Assembly: GCF_018977255.1 (NCBI RefSeq)
Contig: NW_024704742.1
Coordinates: 118,298,001 to 118,362,000 of the forward strand
Length of the DNA stretch: 64,000 bases
Source of the DNA: Callorhinchus milii
Lineage: Eukaryota
Direction: 5' to 3'
Shown: piece after piece, positions 1 through 12,770 of the stretch
Layout: each line of letters begins with the position of its first letter
Position numbering within the stretch: the first letter of the stretch is position 1
Made by a program: the position numbers and the translations under genes
Notes under the pieces: model-generated
What the model was told of the DNA's origin: nothing
The model's input: the letters and a program-made list of their open reading frames with translations, nothing else
Databases searched by the model: none

Positions 1-392
1 TTGGAAATCATAAATCATACGATATATGTGTGAGGTACTAGCCTCTCAGAGAAGCTGTGTGAGTTGGAAAAGCTTGTTTCACTGATGACCTTTGGCTGAC
101 GTTCAGTAAAGATTGTCACAGCATTATCTCTCTCTCACCTATATTAGATTTCAGTACTTTCAATAAAACAGTTCTCAGTAAGTCCTCCTCTGTATTGTAA
201 GAACTAGGACAAGTCACTGTACTAGATTTTGATGATTTACTGTACTCCAAATTTTCACTCAACAATGAGTGGATTTTGTAACTAAGGATTTTGTAATTTT
301 GCTCAGTACATCAATGTAACAAATCCATTAATGTTAGCTAAGTGCTGCTCTGCTCTGTTAGTAAGTTTCACTGACCTATCTCTTTGCACTTT

Positions 393-725
393 AATAATAA
401 TAATCCTTGCATTTGATATAGCGCCTTATCATGTCTTCAAGCTGTCTCAAAGCGCTTCACAGAATGTACTGTAAAGTGAATTGCCTATATATTTTGTGGG
501 CGAAACGCGGCAGGCAATTGCACACAGCACGGACCAAAAACAGCCGTGGATTGAGTGACCACATTTTTTTTGAAGGGATTATTAACCCCGGGAAAATGAT
601 CCGCCAATTGACTAACAAATAGGTTCTTACTTACTGCTGGGTAAACAGCGTGTGGAGTAGGGAGACTTGCCTAAAGTTTTGCCCGGCCCAGGAATCAAAC
701 CCACGTCCTCTCACTTGTGAGGCGA
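393..725 (-). mobile_element. tRNA-derived SINE (young family A, long variant)
   Basis: (AAT)n tail, TCCTTGCATTTGATATAGCGC tail motif, body and B-box region shared with many copies in the window. Confidence 0.9.
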
Positions 726-1050
726 AGAATTAAGAAGATTAAAGAGAGAGCAATCGCCCACACACATACCCCTACCCACCCATCCACACTCTCTGAAATC
801 GACCATCGGTTACTTTTTAAACTGCGCAAATCTTTCTGTTAAATTTTTGCATCCATTATAAAAACAGTTCTCAAAAGTTGAAATTACTCCTGTTCAATTC
901 TAAATGTAGAATTTAATTTAACGTTTATTAATGTTATGTCACGTTTTGCTGTTCAGAAGGCACTCTAAATGTACAGGTTATTTCTGAAGATAAAACTGCA
1001 CTGGAATAGTTAACAAGTGAGTGCTCCAGGACATGTTGGTGGCAACTTAC

Positions 1051-1124
1051 TGAGTGGATGCACAATAGTGCTTAGTCCAGAACAAGGAATTCACTTTGTG
1101 GAGTGTCTGGAGCAGAATAACCCT
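1051..1124 (-). other. Candidate 74-nt exon of a minus-strand gene (probably UTR or alternative)
   Basis: Minus-strand acceptor ttttgttttccag| and donor TCA|gtaagt in unique sequence; no recognisable protein. Confidence 0.3.
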
Positions 1125-1474
1125 CTGGAAAACAAAACTGGCCATTTTTAGGTCCAAAGCTTCTTTCGTAACAAAACAAAACTTTTTTCTTCAGAAAATG
1201 GGATTAAAAAAAAGACTTAAACAACACATGTGCTAGAAAGAGCGAATTGGGTGAGTTTGGCTGCTAGATCTCAGGTCAGAGCTAAAGTCTCGTAAATCCC
1301 TGTCATGTATAAGGAATTCCCTGCAGAAGGTAATTTATTGTGCGGATGCTTTATCCAGTGGTGATAACGCCGTTCATGCACTTTTTCAAATAGCTCTCAA
1401 TCCAAGCTTCCTTTACGGCCCTTTCCTGGCCACCCACTTTCTGTGCACTGCAAGGTCCTGCGCTCTGCCTGTTG

Positions 1475-1690
1475 TCATAGAATTATATAGAATTACATAG
1501 AACATTGCAGCACGGAAACATGCCTTTCAGCCCAACTAGTCTGTGCCAGTGTTTGTACTCCACCCCTCCCAATCCCCTCTCCAAGGCCTCTCTTTTCCTT
1601 TCTCCCTCATGCATGCAAGAAGTTTCCTCTTAAACAATTCAATGCTTTTTCCTTCAACCAAATCTTTAGGCAGTGAATTCCACAAACTGT
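1475..1690 (-). mobile_element. CR1 LINE 3' end fragment, degenerate
   Basis: (CATAGAA)-type tail and AGTGAATTCCA motif similar to the other CR1 3' ends in the window. Confidence 0.65.
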
Positions 1691-2040
1691 CCTGTCAATT
1701 GTTAGAAATAACTAATTGGCCTCTTGGACATAGGGAGGGAAATATAAATGGAGTAAGAGCGGTAAGTGCAACGCTTTCCTACTGAGAACATCTTGTGTGT
1801 TACTGCCCTATAAGTGCCCCTCTAGTCATGTGTTCACTATACTGCGCCCAGGTTAATTCACCAGCTCTCTCTGTAACCCGGACACCAACTGTCCTGTAAA
1901 ACCATGCATTTTCCGTTCCATAATGCTCAATGTGATTTCCAGTTGCTAAACGGCATTAAGAGTGACAATCGAACACACGTATCCTCAGTGGAAGCAAATC
2001 CGGCTGTTCATTTACCACAACTGGCAAACTATGAACTCAC

Positions 2041-2214
2041 TCTCCAGGCAAGATTCAGATTTTCCCGGCTCCGGTCCAAACTGGCCCAGTGCCCAGAGCT
2101 CCATCACACTGTCCTCAGATTGCTCCCAGCCTGCCCAGCGCCAACAACAATTTCCAGTTCCTCAGCTTCCTCTCCTTCTTACAGTCAGAGCAGGTTCCTG
2201 CTCTCTTCCCTCGT
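2041..2214 (-). other. Candidate exon; possible start ATG at 2104 giving MELWALGQFGPEPGKSESCLE, phase 1
   Basis: Unique GC-richer sequence, acceptor ttatcag|, donor AGA|gtgagt at 2040, Kozak GTGATGG; no frame is open across the whole exon. Confidence 0.35.
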
Positions 2215-2261
2215 CTGATAACCAATAGGACCAGGTTTCAAAAAATACCAAAAATAATAAA

Positions 2262-2546
2262 CTCAGTGAGAGACCTGAGTTCAATTCCAGGCAGGGCGAA
2301 ACCTTGGGCAAGTTTCCTTACTCCACACGCCTAATAATAATCCCTCCAAAAAACCCAAAACAATAATTAAATTGGTCATTTTCAATCTACGACTGTTTGT
2401 GGGACATTGCTGTGCGCAATTGGCTGCCGCGTTCACCCACAAATATACAGTCAATTCACTTTACAGTGTGTTCTGTGAAGCGCTTTGGGACGTCCTCCCG
2501 ACGTGAAAAGCGCTATATCAAATGCAAGGATTATTATTTTATTATT
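2262..2546 (+). mobile_element. SINE family A (short variant), 5' truncated
   Basis: B box GAGTTCAATTCC, conserved body, L2-like tail and (TAT)n. Confidence 0.9.
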
Positions 2547-3387
2547 AATCAATTTCCACATCTCTTACTCCACTGGGACAAAGTGAAATTCTTCCTTTGT
2601 TGGTCTCCCAGGTTTACCCTGTTTAAACCCTTTCCTCTCTCTCAGACCAGAGTTATAGTCCATATAAATGTCAGCGCAATTTTACATCACTGATCTCGAC
2701 ACAATCCCAAAGTGTTTTTCCTTCAAAGCAATGAGGAGTTGCTGCCATTAACATAACCTTGAGACCTATTGCCCTGCTCAACTAAGGAACCACTTTGTTG
2801 TGGAAATATTTAGCAAAACGCACTTTATTTTCTGGTCCTGCAAAAGGGAGCAGCTCAGAAATCTTCAGTGAAACCTCAAGCACCGTGTTTTAATTTGGTA
2901 ATTTGGCAATCGAGTAATGTAGACCATCTTGTGTTTGGGGTTTGAGTGACCCAAAAACGCAAGAGCATGCGTCAATAGATTCTAGCCATTTTTATGGTTG
3001 CTCCTGGGCTCCTGATGGCTCAGTTTGTGACTGTGTAGCAAGAAATCTTATAGACCATGTGAAGATCCCAACTTTGATTCCTAGGTCTGTGTTGAGTCTA
3101 TCCCTGCTGCCTTTCCCAGTTCAGTCGCTGTCTGTCCAGTCCAGCCAGCAACTCCTTACCCAGTTCCTTTTGTAGAGGGATTCTCAGGAAGCTTTCAATC
3201 TATACTGCCTGTCTCGCCGAGGTGAGCTGTTGTTATTAAGGGCTGTCAGTGTTTGAATGCCTCTCAATCCTGCCCAAATTGATAAAGATACCTATTGAAC
3301 TTTTCAGGACTCCTAAGAATATACACTATCACATGGATTTATTCTTCCAACAGGATCTAAATGGTTACTATAAATATAGTTTGACAA

Positions 3388-3550
3388 TACTTCACTTCAT
3401 GGCTGATTCTGGGACTGCTGTGCACAAATTGACTGCCTCATTTGCCTACAAGATACGCAGTCGCTGAATTTTACAGTAAATCCTGTGAAACGTTTTGAGA
3501 TGTTCTCCTGACATGAAAGGCGCTATGTCAAATGCAAGGAATAGTATTAT
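3388..3550 (+). mobile_element. SINE 3' half
   Basis: GCTGTGCACAAATTG body and CAAATGCAAGGA tail. Confidence 0.8.
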
Positions 3551-4261
3551 TTACAAAGCCCCAGAACTTCCAGTGTTGGTATTTCTGGAATAGACTTCCA
3601 ATTCCTTCGCATTGTTGATTGTTTATGTGTTGGTGATTCACAATCCAAAGAAAACTTAATAAGCATTTCAAGAATAACAATACATAAGGTTATGGGGAAA
3701 GAGCAGGGAATTGACATTAGAATAATGAGCTCTAGTGCAGGAGCCAGCACCAGCATATGCTTCGTGAACAAATTACTTTCTTGTGTCTTGTTGCCTTTGT
3801 CTACAAATAATAATAATCCTTACAGTTTATGTTCTTTCATCTGGTGTAGAACTTTTCACATCAGGAGGACATCTCAAGGTGCTTCAGCATATACTGTAAA
3901 GTGGAGTGACTGTGTTTTGTGGGCAAACAGTTAATACATTTGACAGAAAACTCTCTTTGAGAAATTTTGATGTGATAATGCACTATGTCAAATTCAAAGA
4001 TTAGTATTATAATTTCTAAGATTCCATTTTTAATTATATGGTTCAAATTTAGCCTCCAGTTACAGTACCATCTAGTCTTGAGGCTGCAATGTGCAACCTC
4101 CATTGGGCCATAAGCAGCTTTTGAAACCTTAACAATCAATTCTTCGGGAAACATGGGCAATTATTGATTGACTATCTATCCTTCCTGTCTGATCCATACT
4201 TCTTATGCTCTCCCACCTATGATTGTACCTCCAAGGCTCCCTCCATTTCTTCCATGTCTCA

Positions 4262-4377
4262 TTTCGCCGACAAATATATGGTCGGTTGACTTTACAGCAT
4301 ATTCTGTGAAGCGCTTTGAGATGTCTAGAAGATGTGAAAAGTGCTATATCAAATGCAAGGGTTATTATTATTATTAT
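4262..4377 (+). mobile_element. SINE family A 3' tail
   Basis: TGTGAAGCGCTTTGAGATGTC...ATCAAATGCAAGG(TTA)n. Confidence 0.8.
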
Positions 4378-4431
4378 CTACCTGCGAGTTTCCCGGATGC
4401 CGGAAATGTGAGATAAATTGGTTATTCATCT

Positions 4432-5420
4432 TATAATATAATAATCTTTGCATTTGATAAAGCACCTTATCACGTCTTTGAGATGTCTCAAAGCACTTCA
4501 CAGAATATACTGTAAAGTATATCTGAACGTCAGCAAGACCGAGGCCCTCCTGATTGGCTCATGCCTGCCCCTCCGCACCTCAGGCGCTGGCAGCATCAGC
4601 ATCCACAGCTGCACACTCAACCTCACTAAGCCAGTCAGGAACCTGGGTGTCTTGTTTGACTCTGAACTGTTCTTTCTCCCCCCACATCCGTGCTATGACC
4701 GGCACTGCCTACCACCACCTCCGCAACATTGCCAGACTCCGGCACTGCCTCACCTCTCAGGCTGCCAAAACCCTCACCCACGCATTCATCACATCAAGGC
4801 TCGATTATGGAAACTCCCTCCTCATCAGCCTTCCCAACTCTTCCCTTCACAAGCTACAGATCATACAAAACTCTGCAGCTCGTGTACTTTCACACACCAG
4901 GCTCCGTGACCCCATCACTCCCACCCTCACCCGACTCCACTAGCTCCCCATCCCCCAGAGGATTGAATTCACGATCCTCGTCCTCACTTTCAAGGCCATC
5001 CATGGCCTTGTCCCCTCCTACCTCTCTGACCTGCTGACTCCCTACCAACCTGCCTGCTCCCTCCGTTCAGAGGGCTCCGGTCTGCTCCATGTCTCCCGCC
5101 CAACCCACCCTACCATAGGTGGCCGGGCTTTCAGCCTCTCCGCCCCCACTCTCTGGAACTCCATCCCACTGTCCCTTCGCCTCGCTTCCTCCCTTGCCTC
5201 CTTCAAGGCCGGTCTCAAGACCCTCCTCTTCGATCGTGCCTTGAGTCACCTTTACACCTCTCTGCCTTCCCTCACCCCTACCCCACCCCTCCCCCATGTT
5301 CGGGTCCTGACCCCTGACTATCCAGCGCCTTGGGATGTCCTCCCGACGTGAAAGGCTCTATAAATGTAATTTGTTGTTATTGTTGTAAAGTGAATTGACT
5401 GAACATTTTGTGGACGAAAT
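4432..5420 (-). mobile_element. SINE family A 3' part interrupted by an L2 insertion
   Basis: SINE sequence stops at 4518 and resumes at 5384 (TGTAAAGTGAATTGACT). Confidence 0.8.
4519..5383 (+). mobile_element. L2 LINE, 5' truncated (ORF2 C-terminus, 3' UTR, (TTG)n tail)
   Basis: Translations LNVSKTEALLIG, VRNLGVLFDS, HAFITSRLDYGNSLL, LQIIQNSAAR; 8 bp TSD TGTAAAGT at 4511-4518 and 5384-5391. Confidence 0.93.
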
Positions 5421-5697
5421 ACAGGAGTTACTGCACAAGTCATCCGATCACAACAACAAATTACATATCACTTACAAGAACCATTTGCTTTCAGCTGTAT
5501 GTTGCAACTTATGTTTCTTGTTAAGCGTCTTTATTTGCTTGATACATTTTCCTGGTTTGTGCTGGACCCATTTCAGAAGCAAACCTTGGCTCCATCCGAG
5601 TGTTTTTTTCTGGGGAAGAGCTCTACAAAAGGAACAAGCCCCTGAATCTATAACTGGAAACTTCCTTCAGGTTTCAATGATACCCATCTGTCCTTAC

Positions 5698-5736
5698 CAG
5701 GTTGTATCTGGAACCAAGTCAGTACGGTGCACGCTC
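5698..5736 (-). other. Candidate 39-nt cassette exon
   Basis: Acceptor gatattttag|, donor CTG|gtaagg; length divisible by 3; open in phase 1 (ACTVLTWFQIQP) and phase 2 (SVHRTDLVPDTT). Confidence 0.3.
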
Positions 5737-5912
5737 CTAAAATATCAGACAATGGAACTTCCCGTTTGTGAGCATTCACACCGTGATTAGCACTAACACA
5801 CACCAGCATACGCTTGGTACACGGACCTGCTCTGGACATCTGGGGAAGAACTGCGACCAGTAAAAAAATATTGTGGGTCAGTATGTAGTAACAGCTGCAC
5901 ATGTGAGTATTG

Positions 5913-6297
5913 TAGTCCTGTAGTTTAGTAGTTAGAGCTCTTGCCTCGCAAGCGAGAGAACCTGGTTCAATTCCTGGGCAGGGTGAAATGTTAGGCAAGT
6001 CTCCTTACTCCACAAGCCTCTGTTTACCTAACAGTAAGTAGGAACCCGGTTATTAGTCAATTGGCGGATCGGTTTCTTAGGGTTAATAATCCCTTCAAAA
6101 TAAATAAATAATAATAATTTGGTCACTCAATCCACGACTGATTGTGGGATACTGCTGTGCGCAATTGGATGCTGCGACTCTCCCACAAAAATATATATTA
6201 AATTTGCTTTACAATATCTTTTGTGAAGCGCTTTGAGACTTTTCGTAGATGTGATAAGGCACTATATCAAATGCAAGGCTTCTTATTATTACATTAT
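5913..6297 (+). mobile_element. SINE family A (long variant), near full length
   Basis: tRNA-like head with A/B boxes, extra internal segment CCTCTGTTTACCTAACAGTAAGTAGGAACC, tail. Confidence 0.9.
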
Positions 6298-7883
6298 TGC
6301 CACCAGATCCTGCCACATAAAGATGTGTAGAAAATCAGCTCCCAAATTAAGACTGAATTTAAGCCTGACTGTCAAAAATTCGGCACAATCTTAAATTTAT
6401 GAGCAATTGCCTTAAACCTAAGAATGTGAAGAATTTTGGGACCAACTTGAGGTCAGGATAAGGCTCAGCTGTGATGCTCCCTCATAGTTAGATGCTCTCT
6501 TCCCAGTGGCCCCTTAACAAGCTTTTGTTGATGCAACTGGGAACTCAGATAAGGAGACATTTATAAGAAAATAATTTGTGAAAGAGTTTGCCCTGTATCA
6601 CGCGCCTTTCCTCAAAAAGTCAACGTCTGAGAATTACAGTGAAGCTGAAGGTGAACAAGACTTTTATTCAGCCTTTCAACCAGATGTAAGCATTTAATTC
6701 TCCGAAGGAAATTCCTCACTGCAAAACCAATTTCAGATGAAGTGAAAATTGAGCTGGTATTGTTAAAGAATCCAAGTAGTCTGCAGATGTTTCAGTTAGT
6801 TGGCAGTACTAAGCTCAGGACAACTTAAAGCAGGTTCTGATCAACTGGATAGTGCAACGTTGCAGAATTACAGAAGCATTGTTCCACTCTGAGGTTCGGA
6901 GACCAGGTTTCTGGCATTGTTACAGGAAAAGTTTGGACTCTTCAAATGGAAACCAACTCTCCGGGAGACTGATTGCACTGGAGCAATTTAATGCTACTAA
7001 CTCCAACAATCAGATGTGCTCTCCTCACATTGTGTCAGGAGCCCACATGCTCTCCATCAAATGGCACTTTCATGCAGTCTTCAAAAGCTGGTATCAGTTA
7101 TCATGCTAAATGGAAATCCTGAGTTACAGCTGCCTAGGGATTTTAACCTGTTTGAATTCAACATGAAACCTGGTCATAACTAGCCTTTATCATTTCAATT
7201 CCCTGAAAGGAAAATACAATTGGCTTCCAATATTCAATTGTCTCAAAGAATATTATCGTACTGTATATGAACAGACTTGACCATTACACTTATTCCCTAA
7301 ATTATTCTTTACCCTTGCTTTGTATCATTTATGTCAAGAGTTTTTATATTTTCTCCATACGCTGCTCTATCTCTCTGTGGATTCTAGTTTCTCTCTGCAT
7401 GCTAGCCTTCCTCTCGGTACACTGCCCTTTCTCTCTGTGTATACTTGTCTATCTACATTGGGTTTTCTCTCTGTTTGATGGTCTTTTATTCTCCAAGCTG
7501 CCCTTAAAATCAGCTTTACTTTTATAACCCCCACACAGGAATAAACAGAGAAAGAACACGCTCAGCTTATTCATTGAATTCAATTTGGTGGAATTAATTG
7601 CATGTTCAAAGCGATGAATGTTCTTCCTGAGGAATGAAAGATATGTTTCCATTCAGCACTGAGTCTCAGATTATCCAACAACAACAACTTGCACTTATAT
7701 AACGGATTCCACCCAGGAAAGCGTCTCAGAGCGTTTAAGTGTGCTTCAGAGCACAGAGTGACCAGTTTCCCGTGGCCACCGGGTGATTTTGTGGTGTGGG
7801 CTGACACCCACGAGGAGCTCAGCTGATGATGCCCAGATACATTGTTGTCTTTGACCATTACATTCAAAGGGAGCAGAGACAGA

Positions 7884-8232
7884 GCAGAAATCAGGAAGCA
7901 TTTTTTTTTACACGGAGGGTAGTGGAAATCTGGAACACTCTCTCCCCCAAATGGCTGTGGAACTCCAATCCCTTCACCTTGCTCCCTCTCTTGCCTCCTT
8001 CAAGGCATGATTCAAGACCCTCCTTTTTGACCGTGCTTTCAGCTACCCTCCTACCCCCTCTGCCCTCCCTCATCCCAACTCTGCCACTCCCCTCCCCACG
8101 CTCGGGTCCTGATCCCCGACTGTTCAGCGCCTTGGGATGTCCTCCTGACATGAAAGGCACTTTACAAATGTCATGATCTAATAGAATGGTGGAACAGGCT
8201 CAAGGGTCTGAATGGTTTACTCCTGTTTCTAT
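7884..8232 (+). mobile_element. CR1 3' fragment with an L2 3' end in its middle
   Basis: CR1 FFTRRVVEIWN motif, then L2 tail (CAGCGCCTTGGGATGTCC), then CR1 terminal GAATGG...CTCCTGTTTCTATG. Confidence 0.75.
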
Positions 8233-8656
8233 GACTTTCATCTCACCAGTTTGTGCCCAGGCACAGGAATTGCTTAGGAAATGTATGGCAACGATTGGAT
8301 CAGATGATAATGTGGGAACACACACATTTGTTTCTCAGCTATATCTATTACATCTCACCACTCCAATAATGAATGACATTCTCTGAAACCAGATACAGGT
8401 AATTACGTTACATTTTACTTGACCCTAATAGACTGTTCTTAGAGTCTGTGAGCTTTTTAATTCATACCTTACCCAGACTACTGTAGACCACCAGTAGTTT
8501 ATAGCACAGATGTCTCGCTACTGAACACCAAAGTATAGATTCCTCCTCCAAGAATAGAACTACAAATAACTGTCTTGACACAACACAATGCCGACTGTGA
8601 AACACGCACACACACACACACACAGAAACACGTGCACACATGAACACATACACACA

Positions 8657-9505
8657 CATAAGAACATAAGAATTAGGAGCAGGAGTAGGCCATTCGGCCC
8701 CTCGAGCCTGCCCCGCCATTCGATAAGATCATGGCTGATCTTCTGACCTAACTCTAATTACCTGCCCTGTCCCCATATCCCCTAATCCCTCTATTTTTAA
8801 AAAATCTATCAGTTTCAGCCTTGAAGATGTTCAAGGACTGAGCATCTACAGCCTTCTGGGGTAGTGAATTCCATAAATTCACTACCCTCTGAGTGAAGAA
8901 ATGTTTCCTCAACTCTGTTCTAAAGGGCTGACCCTTAATTTTAAGACTGTGACCCTGGTTATAGATTCTCCTACCAGGGGAAACAGACCTTCAGGTCTAC
9001 TTTATCAGCCCTTTAAGAACCTTATATGTTTCAATAAGATCTCCCCTAATTCTTCTGTACTCTAGAGAATACAGCCCTAGTTTATTCAGTCTATCCTCAT
9101 AGGTCAGTCCCCTCATCCCAGGAACTAACCGAGTGAATCTACGCTGCAGACCAAAACTGCACACAAAACTCTAGGTGCGGTCTCACCAAGGCCCTATACA
9201 GTTGCAGCAAGACTTCCCTACTCTTGTACTCTAAACCTTTTGCAATGAACGCTAACATGCCGTTTGCCTTCTTAGTTGCTTGCTGCACCTGCAAACTAAC
9301 TTTTTGAGACTGGCGTACAAGGACACCCACATCCCTCTGAACACTAACACTATCTAATCTCTCCCCCTCTAGAAAATAATCTGTTTTCTTATTTTTTTCT
9401 ACCTAGGTGAATAACTTCACACTTCCCCACATTAAATTCCATCTGCCACCTACTCGCCCACTCCCCAAGCCTATCTATATCCCATTGCAATCTTTTTGCA
9501 TCATT
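8657..9505 (-). mobile_element. CR1 LINE 3' portion inserted in a (CA)-rich tract
   Basis: ORF2 motifs [37 protein letters not shown]; (CATAAGAA) tail; highly similar to 62641-63220. Confidence 0.93.
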
Positions 9506-9524
9506 TTGCATTATCCTCAGAGAA

Positions 9525-9785
9525 TACACACACACAAACATATGTGCATACACACAACAACCCACACACACAAAGCACATACACAGAAATACACTGGTAC
9601 AGAAACACACACACAGAAACATATACACCACAGAAATACACACAGTTACACACATAGAGAAACATGTGCATAAGATACACACATAAACAAACACACAAAC
9701 ATGAATGCACAAACAACCAGATCCACAAAAATATATCTTCACACATGCCCAGACACACAAACATACGCAACATGCAAACACGCAT
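9525..9785. repeat. Degenerate (CA)n microsatellite region, continuing 8600-8660
   Basis: Interrupted ACACAC runs. Confidence 0.85.
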
Positions 9786-10107
9786 AGGGAAACTGCAGAA
9801 TTTAACTTGAGAAACTTTTTCAGTCGTTGCCCTCTCCAAGTCGCTGACTACGGCACTCCATTTTAGGAACAATACCATCACAATAGAATTAAGAATTCCT
9901 GCAGTATCCAGGAATTATTTTCTCGGATAGAAAGACATCAGTGTTTGCTACAGAGTACAGGCCATGTTCTCTTCAATCCTCCCCTTCTCCTCCCCCGGGG
10001 CAAAACAACAGCCTAGGTTTTAAATCACGCGCTGAGGCCTAACAAGAGATGAGATACATTTACAGTACCAGTTTCTGACAGTCAGGTCATGTCAGGTTCA
10101 GGCCTAA

Positions 10108-10272
10108 AATGCAGGGAAGGTCTGGAAGCTATCGACAAAGGGCATATGCCTGAAAGCTGTCAGAATAAAGATAGTCTGCAAGCTGTTGGGATAAAGAAAG
10201 AATGCAATCTGTCAGGATAACCCGGGAAAGGTCTGAAAGCTCTCAGGATAAAGAAGGTCTGCAAGCTGTTGT
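10108..10272. repeat. Degenerate minisatellite, ~26 bp unit (AGGTCTGCAAGCTGTCAGGATAAAGA-like), about 6 copies
   Basis: Recurring CTG(C/A/G)AAGCT...GATAAAGA units. Confidence 0.7.
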
Positions 10273-10414
10273 TATGAGCTACAATGAGATTTTCCCACCG
10301 GTGGTAACTGATAGCAGTAATATGATTTTCTGCCTGGTTCAGTGGGAACAATATATCAGCACCAAGTTGTTCTTTTCCCCTCTCTTTAGGTGAGTGTCCG
10401 GGATGAAAAGGTAA

Positions 10415-10722
10415 ATAATAAAAATAGTCCCTGCATTTGATGTAGCACTTGATCATGTCAAAACATCTCAAAGTGCTTCACTTTTTCTGTAAAGTGTCAT
10501 CAGTGTGCATTTGTAGGCAAACGCATCAGCCAATTTGCACACAGCAATGTCCCACAATTAGACATAAAGCGAATGACCAGTTTTTTTTATCTGGAGGATT
10601 GTTGACCAGGACACTGGGAGACATTCCTTTCTGTTTAAATAGTGCCACAGCATTCTTGGTTTAACATCTCAACCGAAGGATACCACGTCCAACAATGCAA
10701 CACACTTCCCTAACACCACACT
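10415..10722 (-). mobile_element. Older DeuSINE-like element (family B)
   Basis: GGTTTAACATCTCA..CGAAGGA and GCACACAGCAATGTCCCACAA segments resembling the Deu domain. Confidence 0.75.
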
Positions 10723-10724
10723 GT

Positions 10725-10936
10725 CCGCATCCCTTGTCCCCTCTGCTCCACCATCAGCGGCCCTGCTCCAAAACTCTGGAACTCTCTGCTTCAATTCCTT
10801 TGACTTGTTCTCTCCTTACCAGTCTTCAGATCACACCTGAAGCCCTTCCTCTACCATAGTGTCACTGATAAGCGATTCGAGACTTTACTTTGCATGAAGG
10901 GCGCTATATAAATACAAGCTGGTGTTGTTATTGTTG
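10725..10936 (+). mobile_element. L2 3' end, degenerate
   Basis: CTCTGGAACTC motif, GGCGCTATATAAAT and (TTG)n tail. Confidence 0.7.
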
Positions 10937-11084
10937 TATGAGATCACAGTATCTCAGCCTAGGGAAGAGTCCGATCAGTCTGCAAGAAATCACAGAACAT
11001 CGGAGTCCTGTCCTTATTCTTTCCCTCTTTCTCTCTCTCTAAACATATCTGGAGCCCTGTTCTCAGTGTCTGGTAATGGAATGT

Positions 11085-12617
11085 TAATGGAGAAAATAAT
11101 GAGACTCAAGATAGACAAATCTCCAGGACCTGATAGTTTCCACCCCAGGGTGTTAAAGAAAATAGGAGAGGAAATTGCCGATGCATTTGTCATCACTTTC
11201 CAAACCTCACTAGATTCAGGATTTGTGCCCTTAGATTGGAAAAGTGTGAATGTTACCCCATTATTTAAGAAGGGAGAAACCAGGAATCTATTGTCAGCTT
11301 AATGCCAATTGTAGAGAAAATACTGGAATCCATCACCAGGGACAGAGTGACTGAACACTTGGACATGTATGAGCTAGTCAGAGAGTCAGCATGGGTTTGT
11401 GAAGGATAGGTCGTGTCTGACTAAATTTGTTGAATTTTTGAGGAGATCACTAAAATGGTAGATAAGAGCTTGTCTATGGATGTTGGTTACATGGACTTTC
11501 AGAGGCATTTGATAAGGTTCAGCACAAAAGATTATAGCGAAAATGGAAGCATATGGAGTCAGAGGTCATCTTATGACGTGGCTTGGTAATCAGTTGGGAG
11601 ACAGAAAATGGAGAGTAGGATAAAGGGAATGTTCTCTGATTGCCGGAACATGCCAAATGGTGTCCCCCATGGGTCTGTACTGGGACCTCAGCTTTTCGCC
11701 ACATATATATGACTTGGATGAAGGAATAGAAAGTTATATACCAAATTTGCAGACGACACTAAGCTAGGAGGTTCAGTAAGTTGTGTAGATGGGAGTAGGA
11801 AGTTACAAAGGGACTTAGACAGACTAAGTGAGTGGCAAAGCTGTGGCAGATGGAGTTTAATGTTGGGAAGTGCGAGGCCATCCACTGTGGATTGAAAAAA
11901 AAGATAAAAGCAGAATATTTTCTTAATGGGAAGAGTCTAAGGACTGTGGAGAAGCAGAGATTTGGGTGTCCATAACCGCAAATCACTAAAAACTAGTTCC
12001 CAGGTGTAAAAAGTAATCAAAAAGGTAAATGGAATGTTGGCTTTTATTTCTATGGGCCTGGAATACAAAGGGGAAGAAATAATTCTTATAATAATAAGTC
12101 AGACCCCACCTGGAGACTGCGATCAGTTTTGGGCATCACACCTCAGCAAAGATATATTGGCCTTCGAAGGGGTGCAGCGCAGGTTCACTGGAATGTTACC
12201 AGGCCTAAAAGGGTTAAGTTAAGAGGAAAGGCTGCATAAACTTAGATTAATTTAGATTGTATTCCCTTATGTTTAGAAAGCTAAGGGGTGATTTGATTGA
12301 GGTGCTTAAGTTGGGGGCATAGTCTTAAAATTAGAACCAGGTCATTTAAGAGTGAAATCAGGAAGCATTTTTTCACTCAAAGAGTGGTAGAAATCTGGAA
12401 CTCTCTCCCCCAAAAGGCCGTGGCTGCTGGATCCATCCACACCTTCAAGAGTGAGGTTGATAGATTTTTGGTAGACTAAGGTATTAAGGAATATGGGGAG
12501 AAAGCGGGAAATTGGAATTGACAGGATTAGTTGACATACAGATCAGCCATGATCTAATTGAATGGCGGAATAGGCTCGAAGGGCTGAATGGCCTCCTCCT
12601 GTTCTTATGTTCCTATG
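11085..12617 (+). mobile_element. CR1 LINE, 5' truncated, decayed RT domain
   Basis: KSPGPDSFHPRVLK, DWKSVNVTPLFKKG, GVP(H)[28 protein letters not shown]; terminal TTCTTATGTTCCTATG; frameshifts. Confidence 0.95.
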
Positions 12618-12770
12618 TGTCTCTCTCTCTCTCTCTCTTTCTCTCTCAAGCACATTTCAGAACCCTAACCTCAGTCTCTCTCCGTCTTCCCTTCCTCCTA
12701 CAATCTATTGGCTTTTAAGAAAAAGAAAGTTTGGCAAGACTTAAATTTACTTCCTGATTTATCTCATCTC

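Noticed and set aside
2397..2693. Recurrent small ORF family (..[29 protein letters not shown])
   Set aside because: Incidental translation of the SINE 3' half; repeated because the SINE is repeated
8473..8559. Possible minus-strand exon (ttatttgtag...TGG|gtaagg)
   Set aside because: Plausible splice signals but no coding or compositional support; too weak to list
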